Shown here piece by piece: positions 9,349-18,537 of a stretch of DNA of 64,000 bases. Within the stretch, counting starts at the first letter, position 1, and every line of letters begins with the position of its first letter. The stretch is from positions 64,001 to 128,000 of IMG/VR virus record IMGVR_UViG_3300025015_000011; one strand, given 5' to 3'. The DNA comes from a virus. The translations under genes and the position numbers were made by a program. The notes beneath the pieces were generated by a model, which ran no database searches, had not been told where the DNA came from, and saw nothing but the letters and a program-made list of their open reading frames with translations.

Positions 9349-10095
9349 TTAAGTCACATTTAAGGTAACAGCTGTTCTGTTACCATTGTTGTCAACCGTT
9401 GCTGTTATTCTATTTAATGAATCTGCATGGTCTCTAAATATTAATGTGGAAGTTCCACCACCAGAAGATTTACCCCCAAGAACACCAAAAAATACTTTCA
9501 AGGCCTCTCTTAAAGTTAATGTATTTTCAATAACTTCATCTAAAATATTATCAATACCTGTTGGTGTTATACCAACATTATTTGTAACTGTTGTAGCAGT
9601 ATCAGTTATTACAACACCTTCAATTTTATGAGTTATTGGATTATACCCAATATCTACAAAATCTTTTAAATCTATTAGACTTTGTCCACTACCGCTTAAT
9701 GCAATAGTATCAGTTTCTAAAATATCTGAACCAAGAATTAATGAGTCATATACTTTAGCAGGAATAATCGAAAGTTCGTGAAATACCGGACAATGATTTG
9801 CAGAATCAGTAATAGCTAACATAGCTCTACCTACATAGTTTGTATTCTGTGCAGTCAATTCTAAATCATAAAATCCAGCAGTATCATTAGTTATATGAAC
9901 CATATCATTATTACCGCCAGAAGGAGTAGGTGATATGGCAGATAAAACTAACTCAGGAATGCCATTGTTATCTACTGTCATATTAATTTGACAATTTGTT
10001 ACTGTTAATGCCGTTTCTGGAGTTATTCCATCAGTTTTATCTAGAAATGGACCGACTGTAATTCTAGTTTCAGTATTTGTTCTAAGAAATCTCAT
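9349..10095 (-). CDS. Putative virion fibre-associated protein
   Basis: RITVGPFLDKTDGITPETALT N-terminus; C-terminal RITATVDNNGNRTAVT. Confidence 0.55.
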   Translation of the reverse strand: MRFLRTNTETRITVGPFLDKTDGITPETALTVTNCQINMTVDNNGIPELVLSAISPTPSGGNNDMVHITNDTAGFYDLELTAQNTNYVGRAMLAITDSANHCPVFHELSIIPAKVYDSLILGSDILETDTIALSGSGQSLIDLKDFVDIGYNPITHKIEGVVITDTATTVTNNVGITPTGIDNILDEVIENTLTLREALKVFFGVLGGKSSGGGTSTLIFRDHADSLNRITATVDNNGNRTAVTLNVT

Positions 10096-11259
10096 TTATG
10101 ACCACCTCTGTCTATATTGATTAATAAAAATAGGAATTAATGCCCCATTAGGGCCAAAAGATAATGTTGATACTATAATGTCATAATTACTGCCATTAGA
10201 TTTAGTATAAAGAAGTGCTATTTTATTCGTAACTGAAGAATAAGTACATGTTAAATCAGTACCATCTGTAGTTTCTTCTATATCAATCCAACCAGACCAA
10301 GAATCGAGAGAAGTTGTGTATTTATTATAAGATAAAGTTTTATTGGCGTCTCCTCGAATAACAAAAGCCCAAATATCAGTATTATCAGTAATTAAACAAA
10401 TTCCTGAGTTTATATTTAATCCATTCGTTGGCCATGTTGGGGCTGTTGAAGAGCTAACAGAAGTTCCATTATGTTTATAAAATGCAAAAGTATTTGTAGC
10501 ATTTATGCAAAGTATTTTTATATCATTAGATGTAACTTTTACAGCATCCCATTGACGACCATCAGCCCCTACTGTTGCGCTGAAAAAGTTGGTGGCCACG
10601 TCCCATGTAGTTCCAGTATTTAAACATTTATTCCATCGTAAATAGTCATTTCCACCAGAGGTATCATTCCAGATTGCTAAAATACTATCAGATATATCAA
10701 GTATTTTAAGACGCCAAATCCAATTGCCCAGACTTATACCAGAGATAGTTATCCATGAAGTCCCAGTATCAGCAAATGATGGCCCTATAGTATTAGTAGA
10801 GCGTCGAATGGATATATTTCCACTAACATCATCATACGCATAAATTATTTTATTATCACTTTGTAAGCAAAGAGCATTACATCTTTCAGCACTTGCGTTA
10901 AATGTTAATGAAGAATTAGATGCATCTAATTCAGTTCCCCATGAAATAGTAGTTCCAGATATTACACCACGCAGGTATGTTCTAGGAAGTGAAGAATCAT
11001 TTAAAAAACTAAGTATAACTACAGTATTATTATATAAAACATCTAATGTTCCACCATCTTGATTATTTACAGATATTAAACCAGTAGAACTTTCATTCCA
11101 TGATGTTAGATTAGTAGAATAAGCATAAAAAAGTGTATTAGCATTTCCACTCTTTTTATAAAATGTCCACCAGTAAGTGCCATCATGTATTATTGTTCTT
11201 TGTTGAGAGTTTTTAGTTGACCTTGCAATAGTCCCAACAGAGCTTATAATATTTCCCAC
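10096..11259 (-). CDS. Putative beta-propeller (BNR/sialidase-like) fibre tip protein
   Basis: Repeated Trp-containing blades (YAYSTNLTSWNE, TGTTWD, LDSWSGW). Confidence 0.5.
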   Translation of the reverse strand: MGNIISSVGTIARSTKNSQQRTIIHDGTYWWTFYKKSGNANTLFYAYSTNLTSWNESSTGLISVNNQDGGTLDVLYNNTVVILSFLNDSSLPRTYLRGVISGTTISWGTELDASNSSLTFNASAERCNALCLQSDNKIIYAYDDVSGNISIRRSTNTIGPSFADTGTSWITISGISLGNWIWRLKILDISDSILAIWNDTSGGNDYLRWNKCLNTGTTWDVATNFFSATVGADGRQWDAVKVTSNDIKILCINATNTFAFYKHNGTSVSSSTAPTWPTNGLNINSGICLITDNTDIWAFVIRGDANKTLSYNKYTTSLDSWSGWIDIEETTDGTDLTCTYSSVTNKIALLYTKSNGSNYDIIVSTLSFGPNGALIPIFINQYRQRWS

Positions 11260-11487
11260 TTATTCTGCCTTTTTCTGCCCAATATTAATATTTGGTCCTA
11301 CTTTATTGATAGCGTATAAACTACCAATTAAAAATGCTAATTGATACGGAATATCTGGTATAACTTTTGTTGTATATGTAATATACGTAGCCCAAACTAA
11401 ATATCCAAATATACAAGAGAATTGTGTTAGTCTTGTCATGGATAAAGCTAAACACTCATCTTGAAAAAATTCTAATATACGTTTCAT
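11260..11487 (-). CDS. Putative holin
   Basis: 75 aa, two TM segments, LSMTRL motif; lysis-cluster context. Confidence 0.5.
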   Translation of the reverse strand: MKRILEFFQDECLALSMTRLTQFSCIFGYLVWATYITYTTKVIPDIPYQLAFLIGSLYAINKVGPNINIGQKKAE

Positions 11488-11494
11488 AATTTCC

Positions 11495-11692
11495 TTAAAA
11501 GTATTTTTTTAACATTTTAAAATTTTCTTTTATATCAACACCTCTAGTTAAATTCTCAAAAAACTTCTTTGAAAAGTTAATATCATTATCAACTTTTGAA
11601 ATAATAATTGAATTGAGCTCATTAATAAGCTTAGCAACTGAATCTATGTTAGTATGATTATCTTGCTCTTTCATTCTTAGCAGCATACTCAA
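11495..11692 (-). CDS. Hypothetical protein
   Basis: 65 aa in operon. Confidence 0.4.
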   Translation of the reverse strand: MSMLLRMKEQDNHTNIDSVAKLINELNSIIISKVDNDINFSKKFFENLTRGVDIKENFKMLKKYF

Positions 11693-12023
11693 TAGTTTTT
11701 GCTAATAATTCAATAGAAGCTGTTATTTTAATTAACATCTCTCGAAGAGGTTGGTGTTCAGTCAAAGATACTAATTCTAATTCCTTTTTTAGAGAAGACA
11801 CCATAGTTTCAAGCGAATCTAAAAGATCTTTTTTACTTGCAAGTAATGCATCTTTAATATTTGATTCTTGTAAGGAACAGTGACTTGAAGCAGAACAATA
11901 AGTATATGCTCTGTATATAAGAATCACCAGACCTATATTTACTGCTACTGATAAAAAAGACAGCACTCCCAATATTCCAGCCCCGGCAAATATAGCTCTT
12001 ATTATTTCTGCTAATACTTCCAT
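11658..12023 (-). CDS. Membrane protein (holin-like) with N-terminal TM and coiled coil
   Basis: Hydrophobic residues ~10-37 followed by a helical tail. Confidence 0.5.
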   Translation of the reverse strand: MEVLAEIIRAIFAGAGILGVLSFLSVAVNIGLVILIYRAYTYCSASSHCSLQESNIKDALLASKKDLLDSLETMVSSLKKELELVSLTEHQPLREMLIKITASIELLAKTIEYAAKNERAR

Positions 12024-12467
12024 TTAAAGTAATATTACCCCCACACCTAATATTATACCTATGCCAATCAATCCAACTGCATTTTTAGCTTTAGTCCAAA
12101 AAGAGGGTTTACTTTCTTTTATTATTAACTCATACATTTTTTTCTGTTCTGTTAAAAGCCCATCATATTTTATAATAAAACTATTCATAGTTTCTAAATA
12201 CTTTTTTTGATTCTCATTTTCTTTTTGAAGAATAACATTTTGAGCTTCTATAGTAGAAATTGTTTGTTCTAAAATATTTATATCAAAAGAATAAGTATTT
12301 ATTTGGTTTAGAAGAACTATATTTTCTTCTTTTAAAATTTGACATTGTTGAAGTTCAGTAGTTAAATATGTTATATCCTCAAATACAAGGGTATCTTTTG
12401 CTGAACTATTGACAGTCTGTAATAGTATTAGTATAGCCAAGATTATTGAGTGTTTTAGATGCTTCAT
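12024..12467 (-). CDS. Exported coiled-coil protein with C-terminal TM (spanin-like partner)
   Basis: Signal peptide MKHLKHSIILAILILLQTVNSSA, coiled coil, C-terminal GLIGIGIILGVGVILL; overlaps the upstream gene by 62 nt. Confidence 0.5.
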   Translation of the reverse strand: MKHLKHSIILAILILLQTVNSSAKDTLVFEDITYLTTELQQCQILKEENIVLLNQINTYSFDINILEQTISTIEAQNVILQKENENQKKYLETMNSFIIKYDGLLTEQKKMYELIIKESKPSFWTKAKNAVGLIGIGIILGVGVILL

Positions 12468-12810
12468 ATATATCCTTTGGGTCTTGTATGTTCTTCTTTT
12501 TTTCTTGAATAGTCTTTAATTCAACAGATAAACTATTAATTTTAACTTTTAACGTATTTCTTTCTTTGACTAATTTATCTTTATCTTTTTGTAAATCTTC
12601 ATAAAGAGCTTTATATGTATCAGATTGATGTTCAAATTTATTTTTTTCTTCTTCAAGTGTTTTTACAATATTGGTATAATCTTTAGTAAAATTATCTTTT
12701 ATATAATTCACATAATTTTTACCTGTATTTGTATTAATAAGCAAAGAAATAAGTATTATACCAAATATTAAGGCTATCCATTTATAGAATTTTTTAATTA
12801 TAGTAATCAT
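12406..12810 (-). CDS. i-spanin-like protein
   Basis: N-terminal TM plus long coiled coil; nested-overlap arrangement. Confidence 0.5.
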   Translation of the reverse strand: MITIIKKFYKWIALIFGIILISLLINTNTGKNYVNYIKDNFTKDYTNIVKTLEEEKNKFEHQSDTYKALYEDLQKDKDKLVKERNTLKVKINSLSVELKTIQEKKKNIQDPKDIYEASKTLNNLGYTNTITDCQ

Positions 12811-13814
12811 TAGGATATTCTTTCTATTGTAAATTTTGAACCATTTCCAGCAACGTTTGTAGAAGGAATTCCTGCACTAATAGCCATTGTTACTGTAGTA
12901 TCATCACCCAATATTAAAGTATTTACATCCATATCATATCCATAAATTTTTCGTCCAAAACCAGAACTACCAGATCTGTCAAAAGTTATACTAGTATTTA
13001 ATGATATTCCTTCTATTGAAGCCACTTGAGTATAAGTCCCAGAACTATCTTGACAAGTAGCATTACTTTCAAGAATTAATTGCCAAGTACCTGCAGGCAA
13101 AGTAATATTCCTAGTACCTGCAGTAGATCCTGCTGTTGGTAATATATGTATAGAATTTAAACTTTCCGAAGGACCAGCTTTAGAAGGATTTAAAATTATA
13201 AAGTCCGTTCCATTATATTCAAAGTCATATATTCCACCAGCTTGTATATCACCTTTATAGAGAGCTCCAGTATTTCTTTTAATTGTCTTAGGCCCCAAAC
13301 TACTTAAATTTATAGTTGGTGTAGTTGAAGTGTTAGCATTTGTAACTTTAGCAGTAAATTTAGTATTTGTATAAGTAGTTAAGGCAGGTGTTAAACTACC
13401 AGTATAAGTATTAGTTCCACTTAAAACAGTATAAGTATGAACATTATTCTGCAAATTAGATTTAGTAACAGTATCATTTAAATTAGAATCTGGTACATAA
13501 TACCAATAATCTTCTCCTAAGATTAATTTAAGTTGATACCTGATTCTTTCAATTTCACCATATAATGTTGTAGCTAAAGACTCTACTGAAGCAGGGTATG
13601 GATTTACCTGGCTTCTCATCTGAGTTAAAGTATTAGAGTATCCACCCATTGAAAGATTTGTTAGTAAGCTATATATATAATCTACATTAGCTTGAATCTC
13701 TTTATGTGGTCTATTAGATTTACCAGTAGAACCACTCAAAGGAGTTCCTGTAGTATCACCTATTACAAGGTCATTTTTAAATATGCAATAAGGATTTGGA
13801 TATGGTAAAGACAT
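12810..13814 (-). CDS. Tail fibre protein (anchor type A)
   Basis: MSLPYPNPYC anchor; NANTSTTPTINLSSLGPKTIK fibre motif. Confidence 0.7.
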   Translation of the reverse strand: MSLPYPNPYCIFKNDLVIGDTTGTPLSGSTGKSNRPHKEIQANVDYIYSLLTNLSMGGYSNTLTQMRSQVNPYPASVESLATTLYGEIERIRYQLKLILGEDYWYYVPDSNLNDTVTKSNLQNNVHTYTVLSGTNTYTGSLTPALTTYTNTKFTAKVTNANTSTTPTINLSSLGPKTIKRNTGALYKGDIQAGGIYDFEYNGTDFIILNPSKAGPSESLNSIHILPTAGSTAGTRNITLPAGTWQLILESNATCQDSSGTYTQVASIEGISLNTSITFDRSGSSGFGRKIYGYDMDVNTLILGDDTTVTMAISAGIPSTNVAGNGSKFTIERIS

Positions 13815-13845
13815 TTAATCTCCTGAAATCATTTTAAATATTTAT
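13786..13845. repeat. 60-bp perfect direct repeat, copy 1
   Basis: caataaggatttggatatggtaaagacatttaatctcctgaaatcattttaaatatttat, identical to 15622..15681. Confidence 0.95.
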
Positions 13846-15650
13846 TAAGCTTCTATTACTCCAAAAGTCTTCCAAACACCTGAAGGACTGGCAGTTGTAC
13901 ATATCCATCCTTCGGTTCCACCAGCTGCTGGATATGGATTCCAAACTCTATCTCCACGTTTCCAGGAATTAGTAGTAGGGGCTGTGGTGCTTATTGTTGT
14001 TTTCTGTTCAGTTCCTGTTGAGTTATAAACTGAATATTGACTTGAGCCAGTTGTAAAAGAACTTAAAGATTCACAAACTTCAGAAATTGTTCCATCATAT
14101 ATTCTGATATATCCTGAGTATGCAGATCCAACACTTTGTTCATATATATTATTTTCTAAAATTGAATTATAAATCTTTACTATATAATAACCAGCTGCTC
14201 CTGTTGCTGTACCTATAAAACGATTATTTACTGCAACAACATTATGTAGATAAATTTCATCAACATCACTTGCATGAGCATAAATAGTATTTCTTTCAAG
14301 TATTAAAGGCCCAACTGAAGCAGCTGTTGTAATTCTATATCTAGTAATTATACTATCAATTATACGTACCATACTTGCACTAGTGTGCATATAGTTATAA
14401 ATTTCGCCTTTCCAACCAGATATAATAACATCAGTTAGAACCCCATAAGTAGTATTATATCCCAGGCCTAATGCAAGATAAGCAGTAGATAATCCACTTC
14501 TTATACCATTAACTGTAAGTCCATTAGTTGCTTTAGAATAAGCTCCGCGATTATACGTTAATATACCCCAGCTGGCACCTATATAATTACCATCTGCTAT
14601 AACATTAACACATCCTTGAAATTGCAGACTTATTATATTGGTAATATTGCCTCCACATACATTACTATTAAAAACACTGTCTTCAAGATAGACTGTGCAA
14701 ATTCCAGATGAGTGGTCAAATACGTTTGAAGCTCCTACTTTACGAACAATATTATTAGATACTGTTGAATTTCTTATACCTTGTATCTTATAAGCAATAC
14801 CATGATAATCTTGTGTAGAACAATCAATAATAAATTGATTATTACAAAATACTAGAGTATCAATTAATGTTCTTACAGGTACGCTGTCCCCTTCATCATA
14901 AATTATATCAACCCCACCTTGTATTCCTTCTTGTGAACCATATCCAGAAAGTGTAGTATTATCACCACCACTAAGGAAAAACTTATTATTTGAAATATCC
15001 CAATTAGTTCCACCAATACACTGTCCAGTAATTCCAAATCTTGAAATATTTGTAAAAGTACAATAATTTATAAACAGACCATCTGTACCTGAAGAATCTC
15101 CAGTATCAGGATAGTCAATATAAATAGCATTACTGCTAATACTACCAATAGTTGCAGCATTACCTGTAAATTTAACATATTGAAATCCACAATTCTGGAG
15201 ACTTTGAATTCTAAACCCAGCTATAATAGGATAATTATCTACATTACTTAAATCTGTAGTTACATCGTCTATATAAATGGTACCATTTATTACAATAACA
15301 TTGGATTTATGGTCAATAGTTTTTGTTACTCTCCATGTTTTTCCACCAAGGTCAACTAAAAGAATTCCATTAGTATTAGCAGCATTGATAGCCTCTTGTA
15401 TGGCTTGTGTATCATCAGTTACACCATCACCAATACCATTATGAGCTCTTACATCCACCCAGGCTTTATGAGTCCCATCATCATTATGTTCAAGTAATCT
15501 TTTAGTATTTAAATAATCTAAATTAGCTTGTATTTCTTTTGATGTTTTATTAGCAGCTCCTGTTGAACCACTTAGAGGAGTGCCATTTGTATCTCCAAGA
15601 ACTAAATCTGTTGTTTTAATACAATAAGGATTTGGATATGGTAAAGACAT
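13845..15650 (-). CDS. Beta-helix tailspike (anchor A; body paralogous to 56933..58687)
   Basis: GIGDGVTDDTQAIQEAINAA; C-terminal GWICTTASPSGVWKTFG. Confidence 0.8.
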   Translation of the reverse strand: MSLPYPNPYCIKTTDLVLGDTNGTPLSGSTGAANKTSKEIQANLDYLNTKRLLEHNDDGTHKAWVDVRAHNGIGDGVTDDTQAIQEAINAANTNGILLVDLGGKTWRVTKTIDHKSNVIVINGTIYIDDVTTDLSNVDNYPIIAGFRIQSLQNCGFQYVKFTGNAATIGSISSNAIYIDYPDTGDSSGTDGLFINYCTFTNISRFGITGQCIGGTNWDISNNKFFLSGGDNTTLSGYGSQEGIQGGVDIIYDEGDSVPVRTLIDTLVFCNNQFIIDCSTQDYHGIAYKIQGIRNSTVSNNIVRKVGASNVFDHSSGICTVYLEDSVFNSNVCGGNITNIISLQFQGCVNVIADGNYIGASWGILTYNRGAYSKATNGLTVNGIRSGLSTAYLALGLGYNTTYGVLTDVIISGWKGEIYNYMHTSASMVRIIDSIITRYRITTAASVGPLILERNTIYAHASDVDEIYLHNVVAVNNRFIGTATGAAGYYIVKIYNSILENNIYEQSVGSAYSGYIRIYDGTISEVCESLSSFTTGSSQYSVYNSTGTEQKTTISTTAPTTNSWKRGDRVWNPYPAAGGTEGWICTTASPSGVWKTFGVIEA

Positions 15651-15681
15651 TTAATCTCCTGAAATCATTTTAAATATTTAT
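15622..15681. repeat. 60-bp perfect direct repeat, copy 2
   Basis: Identical to 13786..13845; on the minus strand it contains ATAAATA, SD AGGAG and the first ~10 codons. Confidence 0.95.
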
Positions 15682-16157
15682 GATAATGGATGCTCGTTAT
15701 ATAAGCAATCTCTATATAATCTTATAGTTCTTCTGACCCAACCCTTGAGATATTTAAGAGAAGTTGGTCTTTTATCAACTATATCTAACATATCTTCAAT
15801 TCTCTCTATAATTAAATCTTTCCAATCAGGATACTGTTTAAGATTAGAAAGAGCTGCACTTACTCCAGAATGATAAGCATTATCACATACAATTATATTT
15901 AAAGGGTAATTTAATTTATCACATCCAGCTTTTTTCCAATAATCAGTTTCAAATATAAGTTTAGCATCTTCAATTTTTAAATTTTTTATATCTAACATAG
16001 GATAAGCTCTAGCAGAAATGCCAAATTTAGTACCTCTGCACTCACCCTTTCCTATATCTCCACCAGACCAATTACCAGGGTCTTTGGGGTCATTTTGAAA
16101 TCCACCTTCTTCACCAACAGTAAATTTAAATGCTTCATCAAACCAATGATTTGACAT
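15678..16157 (-). CDS. Endolysin, glycoside hydrolase family 108
   Basis: EEGGFQNDPKDPG...GTKFGIS...YWK...KGWVRR motifs. Confidence 0.9.
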   Translation of the reverse strand: MSNHWFDEAFKFTVGEEGGFQNDPKDPGNWSGGDIGKGECRGTKFGISARAYPMLDIKNLKIEDAKLIFETDYWKKAGCDKLNYPLNIIVCDNAYHSGVSAALSNLKQYPDWKDLIIERIEDMLDIVDKRPTSLKYLKGWVRRTIRLYRDCLYNEHPLS

Positions 16158-16173
16158 TATCTGTATCTCCTAA

Positions 16174-18063
16174 TTAAGCTTTAATTTCTGTTATAGTTAT
16201 TGAAGATGCCATAACACCACCAAATAAGCGAACACCACCAGAACCATTAAATGTTATAGTGGTGGCACCGGCTGGTCCTGCTCTAAATTTGAAAGTAGTG
16301 GGAGAAGTAGTACCTGCTGTCATAATATGTTTTAATGTTAAAGGCATTGGGGCCCCATCCCAACCATTTACTGTATTACCTATACAATTTGCTGCTAAAG
16401 CATTCACATTAGAATCTTGATATAGAGCGCCACCTATTTTATTTGCTGATGCTGCTGATAATTGAGCTTCAATTTCTATAATTATTTTATTTGTAGCTGA
16501 TGTTGGTGTAATAGCCAACGACATAAGCTCAGTGCCTTCTGTATTTGTAGGAATAGAATCATCAATAGGCATAACAGTTGCACCAGTATTAACAGCGCCT
16601 GTCTGATAAGTGATAACTTGTACTATTTCACCAGAATTTGCAGAATTAATAGTACAAATCCAATATGTTCCATCAAAAATACAATTCAACCTATCATTGA
16701 CCTGTCCTAAATAATCTTGATTATTATTTCCCTTTAAATTAGTTCCTGTAAAATCTATAGTAGTATTATTATCAGTAAAAATTACTGATATTTCCTGGCC
16801 AATAATACCATCATCAAACATTGTAATAGTAGTGGGTGCAGTACTTTGAGTTTTAAATGTTTGTTTTCTTGCACCAAAAGCAACGGAAGGTGTAGCATCA
16901 TTTAGATACAAATTAGGAAATCTAGGGTCTTCTCCTGCCGTAAAGGTATTATATGCAGTATCTTCTATATTATAAGTTCCAAGTTCAACTCTTTTAGAGT
17001 TAGCAAGATTGAATGCTGTATGCCCACCAATATCATCTCCAACAAATCTTAGATGGTTCATTTTAAGACCATCAACATTATTGGTGAATACTGCAGTAGT
17101 ACACTCATACATAGTTAAATCTTCAAGTCTTAAATTATGAATATTATAAGACGAGGTTGTTGTAGCACTTATACCTCTGATAGAAGTATTTTCTATTAAA
17201 GAATTTTCTATTAAAACTTCTCTATAAAAATCTTTTATTCTTATACCATAATCATGATTACCAGCTGCACACTGTCTTATAGTCATATTACCACCACGAT
17301 TGCTCATATCATCAAAGAGGAACCCGGTTCCACTATATTGCGCTAAACAGTTGTCGAAAGTGATATGGGTCGTGTGTACCGGGTCTGCTGTCGTCGCCCC
17401 GACCTTGAAGCAGGCCTCTCCCTTTTTCCCTGCTCCTGTCGAGCCCATGCGGACATAACAATCTTTATGTAGTATCTGATACGCATGGTCTAATTGTAAT
17501 CCAACTGCAGTAGTTTTGTAGAATCCATAAATTTCTATTTTTTCAAATTCCCATTTCGTGATAAATTCTGCATAAATCCCGCCAAAGGCGTTTGTACTTC
17601 CAGCTCCATCAATAGTTAAATGGGAAATAGTTGTATAGGGTAACCAATCACTAGTTGAACCATCAGCACTTTTTATTACAAAGTCTGTTAGTCCAACAGC
17701 AGCTCTTAATATAGTGTTACCTCTACCAGCACCAAATAAATGTCTGAAACCTCTAACATTTAAAGGAGCTGATATAGTCCATATACCTTTTGGTATGTAG
17801 ATTCTTTGTCCTGCAGTTATCGCTGCCTGAATATATGAAGTATAATCTACTGACCCATCTATTACGTATCCTGAAGGTAAATAATCCTTGAGGTTTACCA
17901 AAGAACTTCCATATAGACTGTAAAGATAATTTACATTCTCTTGAATTTCTTTTGAAGGCTTATTAATAGGTCCGCTAGAACCACTTAAAGCAGTTCCATC
18001 AGTATCTCCAAGAACTAAATCAATTGTTCTAATGCAGTATGGATTTGGTTTTGGTAAAGACAT
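16174..18063 (-). CDS. Beta-helix tailspike (anchor A)
   Basis: MSLPKPNPYC anchor; DGSVDYTSYIQAAI...IYIPKG; C-terminal SSITITEI. Confidence 0.8.
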   Translation of the reverse strand: MSLPKPNPYCIRTIDLVLGDTDGTALSGSSGPINKPSKEIQENVNYLYSLYGSSLVNLKDYLPSGYVIDGSVDYTSYIQAAITAGQRIYIPKGIWTISAPLNVRGFRHLFGAGRGNTILRAAVGLTDFVIKSADGSTSDWLPYTTISHLTIDGAGSTNAFGGIYAEFITKWEFEKIEIYGFYKTTAVGLQLDHAYQILHKDCYVRMGSTGAGKKGEACFKVGATTADPVHTTHITFDNCLAQYSGTGFLFDDMSNRGGNMTIRQCAAGNHDYGIRIKDFYREVLIENSLIENTSIRGISATTTSSYNIHNLRLEDLTMYECTTAVFTNNVDGLKMNHLRFVGDDIGGHTAFNLANSKRVELGTYNIEDTAYNTFTAGEDPRFPNLYLNDATPSVAFGARKQTFKTQSTAPTTITMFDDGIIGQEISVIFTDNNTTIDFTGTNLKGNNNQDYLGQVNDRLNCIFDGTYWICTINSANSGEIVQVITYQTGAVNTGATVMPIDDSIPTNTEGTELMSLAITPTSATNKIIIEIEAQLSAASANKIGGALYQDSNVNALAANCIGNTVNGWDGAPMPLTLKHIMTAGTTSPTTFKFRAGPAGATTITFNGSGGVRLFGGVMASSITITEIKA

Positions 18064-18073
18064 TTATCCTCTT

Positions 18074-18526
18074 TTAATTGTTAGTAATTATAAAATAACA
18101 TGATAATTCAAAGTACTCAGTTTTCAGTAAAGTATTATCCCAAACTACTCTATTAAATAAAGTACCATCAGCAGAAAATAAGCCAAATTCTTTTATATAA
18201 ATGCCATTTCCTTCAGCAGAACCAACAGTAAAATTGATTCTAACTTGATTATATGCAGGGAAAGTATAATTAAGGATATTACCCTTAAAATGAGTATCAC
18301 CCTGCAAATCAATCATATTTGAAGTAGTTGCTACAACAGAATCGCCTATACCATATTTACTAATTATTTTATTAGAAGTGTTATTACCTACTAATAATTT
18401 ACACACCAATTCTTTACCACTATTGACTATGGTATTAGGAGATTTGAAGGAAAAATCTAACTTTCCTTCTTTAAAAACATCTACGAATAATTGTCCGGTT
18501 AAATTAAAGTTATCTTGTAATCTCAT
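18074..18526 (-). CDS. Baseplate/tail-fibre attachment protein
   Basis: NTIVNSG...GIGD...EGNG..IKEFGLF..GTLFNR motif. Confidence 0.65.
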   Translation of the reverse strand: MRLQDNFNLTGQLFVDVFKEGKLDFSFKSPNTIVNSGKELVCKLLVGNNTSNKIISKYGIGDSVVATTSNMIDLQGDTHFKGNILNYTFPAYNQVRINFTVGSAEGNGIYIKEFGLFSADGTLFNRVVWDNTLLKTEYFELSCYFIITNN

Positions 18527-18537
18527 TATAAAAGTAT

